49,598 bases of DNA, taken from a virus (lineage: Duplodnaviria; Caudoviricetes). The stretch is from the IMG/VR virus record IMGVR_UViG_3300017716_001243, positions 1 through 49,598 of that record. One strand, written 5' to 3'. This document shows positions 17,363 to 26,400 of this stretch, piece by piece (the stretch's first letter is position 1; every line of letters starts with the position of its first letter). The position numbers and the translations under genes were made by a program. Under the pieces are notes generated by a model. That model was not told where the DNA came from and ran no database searches. It saw only the letters and a program-made list of their open reading frames with translations.

Positions 17363-19228
17363 ATGAACGACTACCAAACTTTTATTGCAACCTCTCGCTA
17401 CAGCCGATGGCTAGATGACGAGAAGCGCCGCGAGACATGGCCCGAAGTAGTTGATCGCTACCTCGGGTTTTTTAGTCACCTGATTAAAGACGACAAAACA
17501 AAAGAGACCCTTCGGGAAAAGATCACCAACCTCGAAGTTATGCCCTCGATGCGAGCCCTCATGACGGCGGGGGTGGCCCTCGAGCGTAACAACGTGGCGG
17601 GGTACAACTGTGCATACCTGCCCGTCGACAGCCCGCGAGCCTTCGATGAGGCCATGTTCGTCCTCATGTGCGGGACGGGGGTAGGTTTCTCGGTGGAGCA
17701 GCGTAATGTTGACCTCCTTCCCATTGTCAATGAACACTTCGAAAACACGGACACAACTATCCATGTCGCAGACAGCAAAGAAGGATGGGCCCGGTCCCTC
17801 CGAGAACTCATTGGTCTCCTCTATACGGGTCAAGTTCCGCGATGGGACGTATCGCGAGTTAGAGGTGCAGGAGAGCGACTTCGCACGTTTGGGGGTCGGG
17901 CAAGTGGGCCTGAACCATTGGAGAGCCTCTTCCGCTTTGTCACGGATACTTTCCGAAAGGCGGCCGGACGGCGTCTTAGTACCCTAGAATGTCACGATAT
18001 CATGTGCAAGATTGGTGAGGTCGTCGTTGTCGGCGGTGTTCGTCGTTCAGCCATGATCTCTCTATCTGATGTCAACGATGACCGCATGCGAGGAGCAAAA
18101 AGTGGAAACTGGTGGGAGCACAATGTCCAACGAGCACTGGCGAATAACAGCGCAACGTACATTGGACGGCCTGATACGAGTGTCTTTCTCGGCGAATGGA
18201 AAGCCCTTTACGACAGCCACAGTGGCGAGCGCGGAATGTTTAGCCGAGACGCTAGCCAACGTCAAGCTGGACGGTTTGGACGACGAGACCCAGACCATGC
18301 ATTCGGCACTAATCCGTGCAGTGAAATCATACTTCGACCGTATCAATTCTGTAACCTCTCCGAAATCGTCGTTCGAGCTGTGGATAACCGTGACACCCTC
18401 CGGGATAAAGTCATTGCAGCAACAATACTCGGAACACTTCAGTCAACCCTGACCAACTTCAAGTATCTGCGTAAGATTTGGCAGACCAACACAGAAGAGG
18501 AGCGGCTGCTCGGTGTATCACTTACCGGCATTCTTGACCATCCTACTCTTTGGGCTGACAAAGCTCTGCTTAATGAACTGCGGGACCTCGTGGTCGAGAC
18601 CAATAAGACTTGGGCTGGATACCTTGGCATTCCTCAGTCTACTGCTACTACTTGTGTTAAACCCTCGGGTACTGTATCACAGCTTGTTGATTCTGCCAGC
18701 GGCATTCATCCTCGCTGGTCTGAGTATTATGTGCGTACGGTGCGTGGAGACATTAAGGACCCGCTTACTCAGTTCCTTATTGAACAAGGAGTCCCGAATG
18801 AGCCGGATGTTACGAAGCCTCAGGATACGGTGGTATTCAGCTTCCCTCAACGCGCACCTGACGGGGCCACTGTCCGTGCGGATATTACAGCTGTGGATCA
18901 CCTCGAAATTTGGAAGACTCTCCAAGAAGAATGGTGTGAACACAAACCCTCCATCACCGTCAACGTCAAGGAAGACGAATGGATGGATGTTCAGGCGTGG
19001 GTTTGGAAAAATTGGGACATTCTTTCTGGCGTGTCATTTCTTCCTTACAGCGAGCACACCTACAAGCAGGCCCCTTATCAAGAGATTGACAAAGAGACCT
19101 ATGACGCTTGGGTACAAAAAAGCCCCGCCCATATTCAATGGGAGAGGCTGAGTGAGTTCGAACTAGAGGATAACACTACAGGTTCTCAAGAACTGGCATG
19201 CGCTGCTGGCTTCTGTGAGATTATCTAA
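17363..19228 (+). CDS. nrdJ: Class II (B12-dependent) ribonucleotide reductase
   Basis: YNCAY, GGVRRSA, TNPCSEI, CNLSE, TCVKPSGT, C-terminal Cys pair; no beta subunit gene. Confidence 0.93.
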   Translation: MNDYQTFIATSRYSRWLDDEKRRETWPEVVDRYLGFFSHLIKDDKTKETLREKITNLEVMPSMRALMTAGVALERNNVAGYNCAYLPVDSPRAFDEAMFVLMCGTGVGFSVEQRNVDLLPIVNEHFENTDTTIHVADSKEGWARSLRELIGLLYTGQVPRWDVSRVRGAGERLRTFGGRASGPEPLESLFRFVTDTFRKAAGRRLSTLECHDIMCKIGEVVVVGGVRRSAMISLSDVNDDRMRGAKSGNWWEHNVQRALANNSATYIGRPDTSVFLGEWKALYDSHSGERGMFSRDASQRQAGRFGRRDPDHAFGTNPCSEIILRPYQFCNLSEIVVRAVDNRDTLRDKVIAATILGTLQSTLTNFKYLRKIWQTNTEEERLLGVSLTGILDHPTLWADKALLNELRDLVVETNKTWAGYLGIPQSTATTCVKPSGTVSQLVDSASGIHPRWSEYYVRTVRGDIKDPLTQFLIEQGVPNEPDVTKPQDTVVFSFPQRAPDGATVRADITAVDHLEIWKTLQEEWCEHKPSITVNVKEDEWMDVQAWVWKNWDILSGVSFLPYSEHTYKQAPYQEIDKETYDAWVQKSPAHIQWERLSEFELEDNTTGSQELACAAGFCEII

Positions 19229-19231
19229 ACT

Positions 19232-19272
19232 AAAAGGCCCACCTAGAGGAAACTCCGGGTGGGCCTTTTTTT
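19232..19272. terminator. Bidirectional rho-independent terminator between the convergent genome arms
   Basis: AAAA-GGCCCACC...GGTGGGCC-TTTTTTT. Confidence 0.9.
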
Positions 19273-19276
19273 GTGT

Positions 19277-19528
19277 TTAACGCCTGCCCATCGTGGCAGT
19301 TCTGCCGGGCCGCATGCCAGAACGTCCTCGTGACATCGTTGTTGACCTGCGTGGCATTTCCCGCACTATGTCACTTACACCAGAGTTGCCATATCGCAAG
19401 TCAGGCTGCACGAATGCTGGGCCTGCTTCGCGCATGAAGGTGGGACTACGGGACAACAGCGAATTCACCCGATGCATGCCTCGCCGGTCCTCGATGTTAC
19501 CGCCGCGACGGCCACCCTGCCACCTCAT
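19277..19528 (-). CDS. Arg-rich 83-aa protein with YpfJ-like N-terminal motif
   Basis: MRWQGGRRGGNIEDRRG; TAATG overlap with the holin; ends at the terminator. Confidence 0.65.
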   Translation of the reverse strand: MRWQGGRRGGNIEDRRGMHRVNSLLSRSPTFMREAGPAFVQPDLRYGNSGVSDIVREMPRRSTTMSRGRSGMRPGRTATMGRR

Positions 19529-19989
19529 TATACAAGACCCTCGAGGTCTGCTGGTAGAGCCCGGCGGGGAGCCAGTACAGCGCCGTTGACAGAGGTAGCC
19601 ACCCCGCGCGACTTCTCGAAGGACCGCATCGTGCCTAGACCCAGCATGGCCGCGATAATGGGCCAGATAGCGTCGGCCTCGAGTGCTGGCAGTTCATCAA
19701 GACCAAAGATAGCCTTCAGCAACGGGGACACAATCCACGTATAGCCAAGAGCCACGCCGCCCGTCCAGCCGATAAATGGACGCCACCCAGCCACAAAGAG
19801 GTTGGCATGTGTCGCCTCGGTCTTGTTGATGTCAATCTGACCAAGGGCCAGTTGAGTTTCTTGTTCCTCCGATTTAGCCGCCAGTTCCATGATCTTGAGA
19901 TCAAACTCGCGTTGGGCCTCGGGGTTCGGTAGCACTTGGCGTACGGCAGCACCGATTTGAGTTATGAGGTCAGTCCATGGAAGGCTCAT
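19528..19989 (-). CDS. Holin (3TM / GTA-type)
   Basis: FVAGWRPFIGW, hydrophobic helices, MLGLGTMRSFEK. Confidence 0.85.
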   Translation of the reverse strand: MSLPWTDLITQIGAAVRQVLPNPEAQREFDLKIMELAAKSEEQETQLALGQIDINKTEATHANLFVAGWRPFIGWTGGVALGYTWIVSPLLKAIFGLDELPALEADAIWPIIAAMLGLGTMRSFEKSRGVATSVNGAVLAPRRALPADLEGLV

Positions 19990-20297
19990 CGGCGGCGTCC
20001 AGCAGCACTCCGAGACCGACGAGCCGCACCATCAGCAGTCCGTCCAGCACTAATTGCACTCTGTCGCGCCGTCTGACCCAGCGAGCGCATAGCCCTTCGA
20101 TCCACATCTTGAAGACTTGGATCGAGGCTCCTTGACCGAATACCCCAGTGATGGGCAGATCGATTTGAATCAACTTCACGTCTACGGGCATCACCAGCCC
20201 TAAAGCCTTGACGCCGAGCTTCGCCCATCCGGGCCCCACCAACGGCAGCCCTTATAATAGCCGTGGCACTAGCGAGTCTTGCAGTTCTTGCAGGCAT
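19986..20297 (-). CDS. Arg/Ala-rich basic protein between endolysin and holin
   Basis: Start and stop overlap both neighbours (TAATG, ATGA). Confidence 0.55.
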   Translation of the reverse strand: MPARTARLASATAIIRAAVGGARMGEARRQGFRAGDARRREVDSNRSAHHWGIRSRSLDPSLQDVDRRAMRSLGQTARQSAISAGRTADGAARRSRSAAGRRR

Positions 20298-20722
20298 TAG
20301 CCCATCTCCATCATTTTAGCCAGACGGTTCGCCCGTTGGCCCACTTGCTTAGCCCACTTGGACAAAAGCATATTAGCGGCGGCCCTCTTATATTCACCTG
20401 TTTCGATGAACTTGAGGGTATTCTTGAACCCGAGCAGTCCTGCCATACCGAGATTAAATCGCATATTGACAAGAACGCGACGGCGTGAGTCGGACAGAGA
20501 GCGCCACCAAGGCAGGTTCTTATCGAGGTCCTCGACGCACTCCTTGATGTCATTCATCAGGAGGTAGTCAATTTCCTCGTCGGTCAGCTTGCCACCCTTG
20601 CGCTTGTCAATGAGTCGTCCCACGCCGATGGTCCAGTAGCCGAGGCTGTCCTGGTAGGCATGTGGGATGACGCCCTCATCGCGCCGAAGTTCTTTAATTA
20701 GTTGTAGGTCATTCTCGTTCAT
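20297..20722 (-). CDS. Endolysin, GH24/T4-like lysozyme
   Basis: DEG....YQDSLGYWTIGVGRL catalytic triad; NMRFNLG; SKWAKQVGQRA. Confidence 0.92.
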   Translation of the reverse strand: MNENDLQLIKELRRDEGVIPHAYQDSLGYWTIGVGRLIDKRKGGKLTDEEIDYLLMNDIKECVEDLDKNLPWWRSLSDSRRRVLVNMRFNLGMAGLLGFKNTLKFIETGEYKRAAANMLLSKWAKQVGQRANRLAKMMEMG

Positions 20723-20919
20723 GCGAAGATTTCCGATTTAGCAATATGGATGGCTTTGCGAATGGTCGCGTAGTGGATATGCCGATAATCCCTGTTCAAA
20801 TGCAGGAAGATTTCATCGGGATTCCAGACGCCACGGGCCATCCATGCCTTAGCGTCCAGAATCAGTTCGGGTAGTTTGGGCACTTTATCGGTTCCAATAG
20901 TCACGGATTGATTGGGCAA
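20719..20919 (-). CDS. Small hypothetical protein
   Basis: 66 aa, ATGA overlap with the endolysin. Confidence 0.5.
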   Translation of the reverse strand: MPNQSVTIGTDKVPKLPELILDAKAWMARGVWNPDEIFLHLNRDYRHIHYATIRKAIHIAKSEIFA

Positions 20920-23488
20920 ATTGTGCCGCCGTCATATTAAGGTTGCCGCCGTTGCGAGTAACTGCAGATTTGGCTACGCGCTCAGCACTGTTGCCGTACT
21001 CCCGCTCATAGAAGGGCAGGAGCACCTCCCAAGCCGGTTTAGAAGCGTTAGCGGGCCTCAATAGTGCCGCACCGCCGCCAGCCCCCTGCTGGTACATTAC
21101 GTACTGGTCAGCTGGGGTCGGCTCACGCCCAAGAGCAGCCCTTGCCCCTCGCCCGGCTTCGAGCCAGTGGTCAAGACCCGCTTGGACATTCTCCTGCCAA
21201 GAGCCGTTGAAGCCCTTGACTTGGAAGACGCCTTGGGCAGTACCGTTGTCCGCTTCGGTGTCCCAGCCGCTCTCCTTCATGGCGAGACGGTTGGTAACTT
21301 CCCAAGGAACACCAGCCGCCTCGAACGCAGTCCGGGCATGTGTCTGCACCTCAGTACGCGGGGGCGCTACCTCCCTATTCGGAGCCAACGGGTTGTCTGC
21401 CATATCAGTGACAAATTCCTCGACACCTCTGCGAGCCAGAGCCCGGAGATTAGCAGCCGCTTCTTGACTTGTAGCCGGACCACTCATGGAACGCTGAGCA
21501 ATACGGGCGGGAGTCTCGCCGCGAGTCCACAGGGCACGACGCTCTTGGAGGCTAAGACCCGAAACATTCTCGTCATACTTGTCAGTATTCTCGAGGTGAC
21601 CCAAGGCGAGGTTAGCAGCAGCCCGACGGTTCTGAATGTCTTGCGGGATGCGGTCGGCCTCGAGCATTTGCTCATACGAGGGAACACCACCGCCAAGTGA
21701 CGGCCCAAAGCTGCTTCGACCAACGCCTTCCCGTTGTGTCGCCGCCCAACGCTCGTAAGCGTCACGATCAAGCACCGCCCTATATGCCCCGTCTTGCCAC
21801 CGGACTTGGTACATAGAGTCAGGAATGGGACGAGTAGCCAGCATAAGGTTATGAGCAGCAGTGCCACGACTGGCCTCAGCCAGAGCAGCCCCGAGTTCCG
21901 GGTTGTCTCGCATAGCCATTTCTAGGACACGGCGAGACTCAGGCCGGGCATAAGTGTTGGTAGCCGCATAGAGAGACGCGCCAGTCACCGTAGTCGGCTG
22001 CAGTTCACCTGCGGCTTCAATAGTGTTGCCAAAAGCAGTCATCCACGCAGGAATCTCGCTGGCGTCACCCCCGAGGACTGCACGTTGCGCCGCAGCAAGA
22101 GCCCTCGAGTTTTGACGGATAAGGCCGGGAGCTTCTGCAGCCGTATAGTCTTTCAGGCTCGCAGTGCCCTGTAGGTATTCGACCATCCGAGCAATGTTCA
22201 TGCCAGCTTGAGGTGCTAGCGGGTCCCACTGCGAGAGTTCCCGCCTAGTATTAGCGATTACCTCAGCATTCAGCCCACCAGTAGGTTCACCAGTCGTCAA
22301 GCCTTCAATAATAGCATTCGTCCGTGCAGGCCCAAGAGCCCCTTGAATGGCGGCAAACATCGGAAGACTACGAGACATATTAATTTGGAGCGAAGCCGCA
22401 AGAGCCCGGGCCGAGTTAATATTCTGCGTAACATTGCCGGTAAACAAAGCCGTCAACGCAGTGTCTTGAGAATCAAAGAAATCTTCAATCTGCTTGCGGG
22501 TATCTGCCGTACGACCATTCGTAGCCGCATCTACAAGAGCCTGACGACGAGCCTGTGCGAGGCCAGCCCTCATAGTCGTAACCGTTTCAGACAGATCGGC
22601 CTGACCCATGGCGTCATCACCAGTTACGGCGATGGCCCGCTCAAGAGACCCGAGAACAGAATCAACACGAGTCCCGTATTGGGAGATCACGTTGTTGAAA
22701 TAATCTTGTTCATTTTGGGCGGACTCTAGTGCACCAACAGTGCGACCCTCAGCTCGGTCCTCTTGTTGGGCTTTTCTCTGGGCTTCGATACGAGCCGCAT
22801 CGGCACGGAGGTTGACAATAGTACGGCCCCGGCCCACCAGATCATCAAACGAACGGCCTTCCGGGTTTTCACCAGCCTCAATAGCTACGTTATACATAGC
22901 CGTGCGGCCAGCGATCTCCGCAGCACCTTCAGCCTCGGCAGCCGCCTGTTCAACCTTAATACCTCGGAAGAGGTAATGGTCGATGCCCTGCGATTGCATG
23001 AACGTCGAGAATTCAGCACGCTGGTCGGGGAACCTCTGGAAGAAGTCTGCTACCGTAGACTCAATAGCGAGTTCATGAGCTGAAGGACTGGCTCGACCTT
23101 GGCTCACAGCCCGGCGAACCCGGAGGACATTATCAGCCGCAGCCTGCATGTCTGCCGAAATGGCCTCACCGCCGAGATTGATAAACTCAGGGACAGGGGC
23201 ATTGAAAGCCTCTTCAGTGAGTCTAGTGTTCTCTCGGCGTTGAGTCTCAAAAAGACCGCCAGCGAACTCGTCCTGTGCCGTCGCAGCGGCATCCAGACGG
23301 GCTTGACGGGCAGCCACATCCGAACGCTGCTGCATCCGGTCACGAAGGTCTAGAGCTTGAGACGCACTTTCTACCAGCCCCGAGCCGAAGTTAGCAAGGG
23401 CTCCGAGAGCACTAGGGCCAGCCGGGCCGGGGTCAACGATAGGTTTCCCGGAGTTAACCCCATTAAGGGCTTCAGTCAGTTTCGCCAT
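20885..23488 (-). CDS. Internal virion (ejection) protein with C-terminal lytic transglycosylase domain
   Basis: AMKESG...QGVFQ...YQQGAGG SLT-like motifs; Ala-rich helical body. Confidence 0.8.
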   Translation of the reverse strand: MAKLTEALNGVNSGKPIVDPGPAGPSALGALANFGSGLVESASQALDLRDRMQQRSDVAARQARLDAAATAQDEFAGGLFETQRRENTRLTEEAFNAPVPEFINLGGEAISADMQAAADNVLRVRRAVSQGRASPSAHELAIESTVADFFQRFPDQRAEFSTFMQSQGIDHYLFRGIKVEQAAAEAEGAAEIAGRTAMYNVAIEAGENPEGRSFDDLVGRGRTIVNLRADAARIEAQRKAQQEDRAEGRTVGALESAQNEQDYFNNVISQYGTRVDSVLGSLERAIAVTGDDAMGQADLSETVTTMRAGLAQARRQALVDAATNGRTADTRKQIEDFFDSQDTALTALFTGNVTQNINSARALAASLQINMSRSLPMFAAIQGALGPARTNAIIEGLTTGEPTGGLNAEVIANTRRELSQWDPLAPQAGMNIARMVEYLQGTASLKDYTAAEAPGLIRQNSRALAAAQRAVLGGDASEIPAWMTAFGNTIEAAGELQPTTVTGASLYAATNTYARPESRRVLEMAMRDNPELGAALAEASRGTAAHNLMLATRPIPDSMYQVRWQDGAYRAVLDRDAYERWAATQREGVGRSSFGPSLGGGVPSYEQMLEADRIPQDIQNRRAAANLALGHLENTDKYDENVSGLSLQERRALWTRGETPARIAQRSMSGPATSQEAAANLRALARRGVEEFVTDMADNPLAPNREVAPPRTEVQTHARTAFEAAGVPWEVTNRLAMKESGWDTEADNGTAQGVFQVKGFNGSWQENVQAGLDHWLEAGRGARAALGREPTPADQYVMYQQGAGGGAALLRPANASKPAWEVLLPFYEREYGNSAERVAKSAVTRNGGNLNMTAAQFAQSIRDYWNR

Positions 23489-26400
23489 TGGTTTCCGTTT
23501 CTAGTTGGTAGTTTTCATAGTATTCGACAAGACCCGCGTAGTAGCTATCAGGCGTATCAGCTTGGACGCGCTCGAGGGCTTCACGGAGAATGTCTGGCGG
23601 CGACATGCGGGCCAGAAGATTAATCTCTTCCATGATCGTCTCACGCTGGTCCGGCCTGTTTCTCAGGTCCAGCCGATAATTAGTGAACTGTTGCGACAGC
23701 TCTTTAATCTGCTGGGAGCGTTTGGCGCGGAACTGCGTAATGACTTGGGCCGTCTCCATCTCAGCAGGACTGATGCCGAGCGCCGTAGCAAAAGCTACTT
23801 GGGAAGGAAGATCACTAACTTGTGTCGCCCCGGAACCGGACCTCAGCGTTCCGTATTGATGGACGAGATAGGCGTTATAGAGGTTACCCATTGACGATAT
23901 GTTCGACGCCAGACGAATAAGTGCCTCGCCGCGAACAGCCATCGACCGGTCACCAGACTCAGCCCTCATGTATTCAGCAATAGGGCGAAGAACATCTGTC
24001 CCCACCTTACCTAGAATATTGAAGGAAGCCCCACCGATCATGTCGGCAGGAGTGACCTCACCATAGGAAGACATCCCCATGATGTTCTTAACCGTATCTG
24101 CGACCCAACCACCAGTGCCGAATCGCTTGCCGACCATAACGTCAGCTCCTGTGAAGGAGTAGACAAGCTGGTCAACAATACCACGATCTAGGACCGCAAA
24201 GGGGCTGTCGGCGGGGTTACGGCTCAAATCAAGAGCACCGCCCTCCATTACGAGGCTGGGGTCCTCAGTTTTGAAGTAGGACGTAACAGCACCGGCAAGA
24301 GGGACACCAGACGTTCCGTAGAACAAGGTTTGGAACAGGGCCAGTCGCATTTTCTGGGCACGGGTGAAGTTGGACCCGCCCCATGACCTAGGCATCATCG
24401 CCTCGATCATCCGAGCGTTATAGGCCCAGAATTGGGTCGGGATGCTGAGGACACCTTTCTGCCACCAAGCACGAGACTCACGGGTCATGTTCATGGCAAA
24501 GTCATCGGAACGACCAGCAAGAACAGCCGCAAATTCAGCTGAACCTATTTTATGTCCAGCGCCTTTAGCTTCGTCCCACGCAATACGCCAAGCGATCATA
24601 CGGTTCCAGCGTTCGGCTTCGTTAAAGAAGAAACGCCCGGCCTCGACTATTTTGTTTGCGCCAGTAGCAAAACCATCCATGGTGGCGTGAGCCCCGAGGT
24701 GGTCGATGACAGCATGCGAGCCATTCAGGTCGAAGAAGCCCGAACGGGCAGCCGAACGAACAAACTGCTTGAATTCCGCAGGGTCCGTGAAGCCACCAGT
24801 CGTGTGGACTCCGCGCTTAATCAGTTCGTCGACGCGAGCCTCAAAAGCTTCCTTAGAAAGAGATTTACCACCGAGTGCAAACCGCATCGGCATGATGAGC
24901 GACCAACCCTGCATCCCGAGTTTGGGGGACAGAGTCGTGGCCGCAACAGCGGTGCCGAGCTGCAACGGGAACTGGGCGAAGTTGCCGAAGCCCATCTTCA
25001 GGTCAAAGACAAAACCCTTGAGGGCCGAGACGGGGTCCTTATCAGCCATCCAGTCAACACCAGATGCAAGGCGGCGGACTGAGGGTACAACGCCATCAAT
25101 CTTATCACCGAGCACCATCTCGCTCAGACGACGTGACCATTGTTCGGCGGCCAAGTCATTCGGGGTCTTCCAGCCGAGGGTTCGCATGATGATCTCACGC
25201 TGAGCCAAGGCTTCGCTGCGCATCTTGTTGAGGTGGGCATTGCCACTTTTCAAAGGTGCGTCAAGGAAAGTCCGGATGCTGTTCCAGTCATCGGGTACAG
25301 ATGTTGTGTCAATATAGTCTGCAAACTTCTTCATCCAACGCTCGACAGCCGTCACCTTGTAGTCCCCGAACGAGGTCAAAGAGGCGATGTTCATCAGGCT
25401 TTGGTTAATGGTCTCATACGGGTCCAACAGCGTAGCGCGGCGACCCATGAAATCAGGTAGTGCCTCACCCTTACGACCGGTGTACATACGACCAGTGGTA
25501 CGCAGGAAGCCGTTAAGACCACCCTCTTCCATGTCAACAAACTCGAGGTTATTGCCGACATTAGAATACTCGGACGGCAGCTCACGATCATAGTGAACTT
25601 CGAACGGGACATTCCGTTGGTAGGCCATGTCGGGGTCGTCAAACCGTGCTGCAAACTCCTTAGCACTCGGGAACCCGGCCTCACCGCCGAAGATGTCATC
25701 TATCACGCCCAGATCACTCGGGTCATTCAGATAGGCCAGACGGGCGGCCTCCATACGGGACGCCCAATACTTAGCCTCTGCCCTAGTCTTGGCAACGATA
25801 TAAGTATTAGGATTCTCTAGAAACTCCTTGCCGGTGTCCATCTGCTTACCCCAGACAGTCTGACGGACAAAATATTTACCCTCATACATACGGTGACCGC
25901 CAGCGCGATAAGCAATCTGGTCCCGGCGAAGGTCTTCGACGTGCAAGTCGTTACCCTTGACGAGGAAGTTCTTAACTGTCGTACCATCTGACATTCTCAG
26001 GGGGGCTTCGAGCGAGATCAGTTGGTACCCTTGCCCTTTAAGGCGGGCCCAGACTTGAGGCGGAAGTTCACCGCTCTCGTAGTGCTTCCCGGTCGACACG
26101 TTGAAGATTCTCGATACGGGTGGTTTGTCGCGCAGCTCGCGGTCAACAATAGCATTAGCCCTAGGGACTGTGCCCCGGCCGGTGTCAAAGGAGACCGTCT
26201 TGAAGCCACGGTTATGTCGCGTGATGTAGGCATCGTCTTGACGCAGAGCGAACTCCATGTCATTGATGTCCTCCATAGCCTTGTACGCCTTGCGCTCAAG
26301 CTCCGAGGGAGACCGTTTGGCGAGCCTCTGATACATGATTTCGAATTCATCAGGGTTGAACCACTGACCGAGGATGTCCCCGGCCTGTGAAACCTGAGCC

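Noticed and set aside
10780-19228. Introns or inteins in polA or nrdJ (terL also checked)
   Set aside because: Reading frames are continuous, of normal length, and lack splicing motifs
19970-20242. Alternative 90-aa frame as an embedded spanin
   Set aside because: No lipobox or N-terminal TM signal; the 103-aa frame has the coupled start and stop
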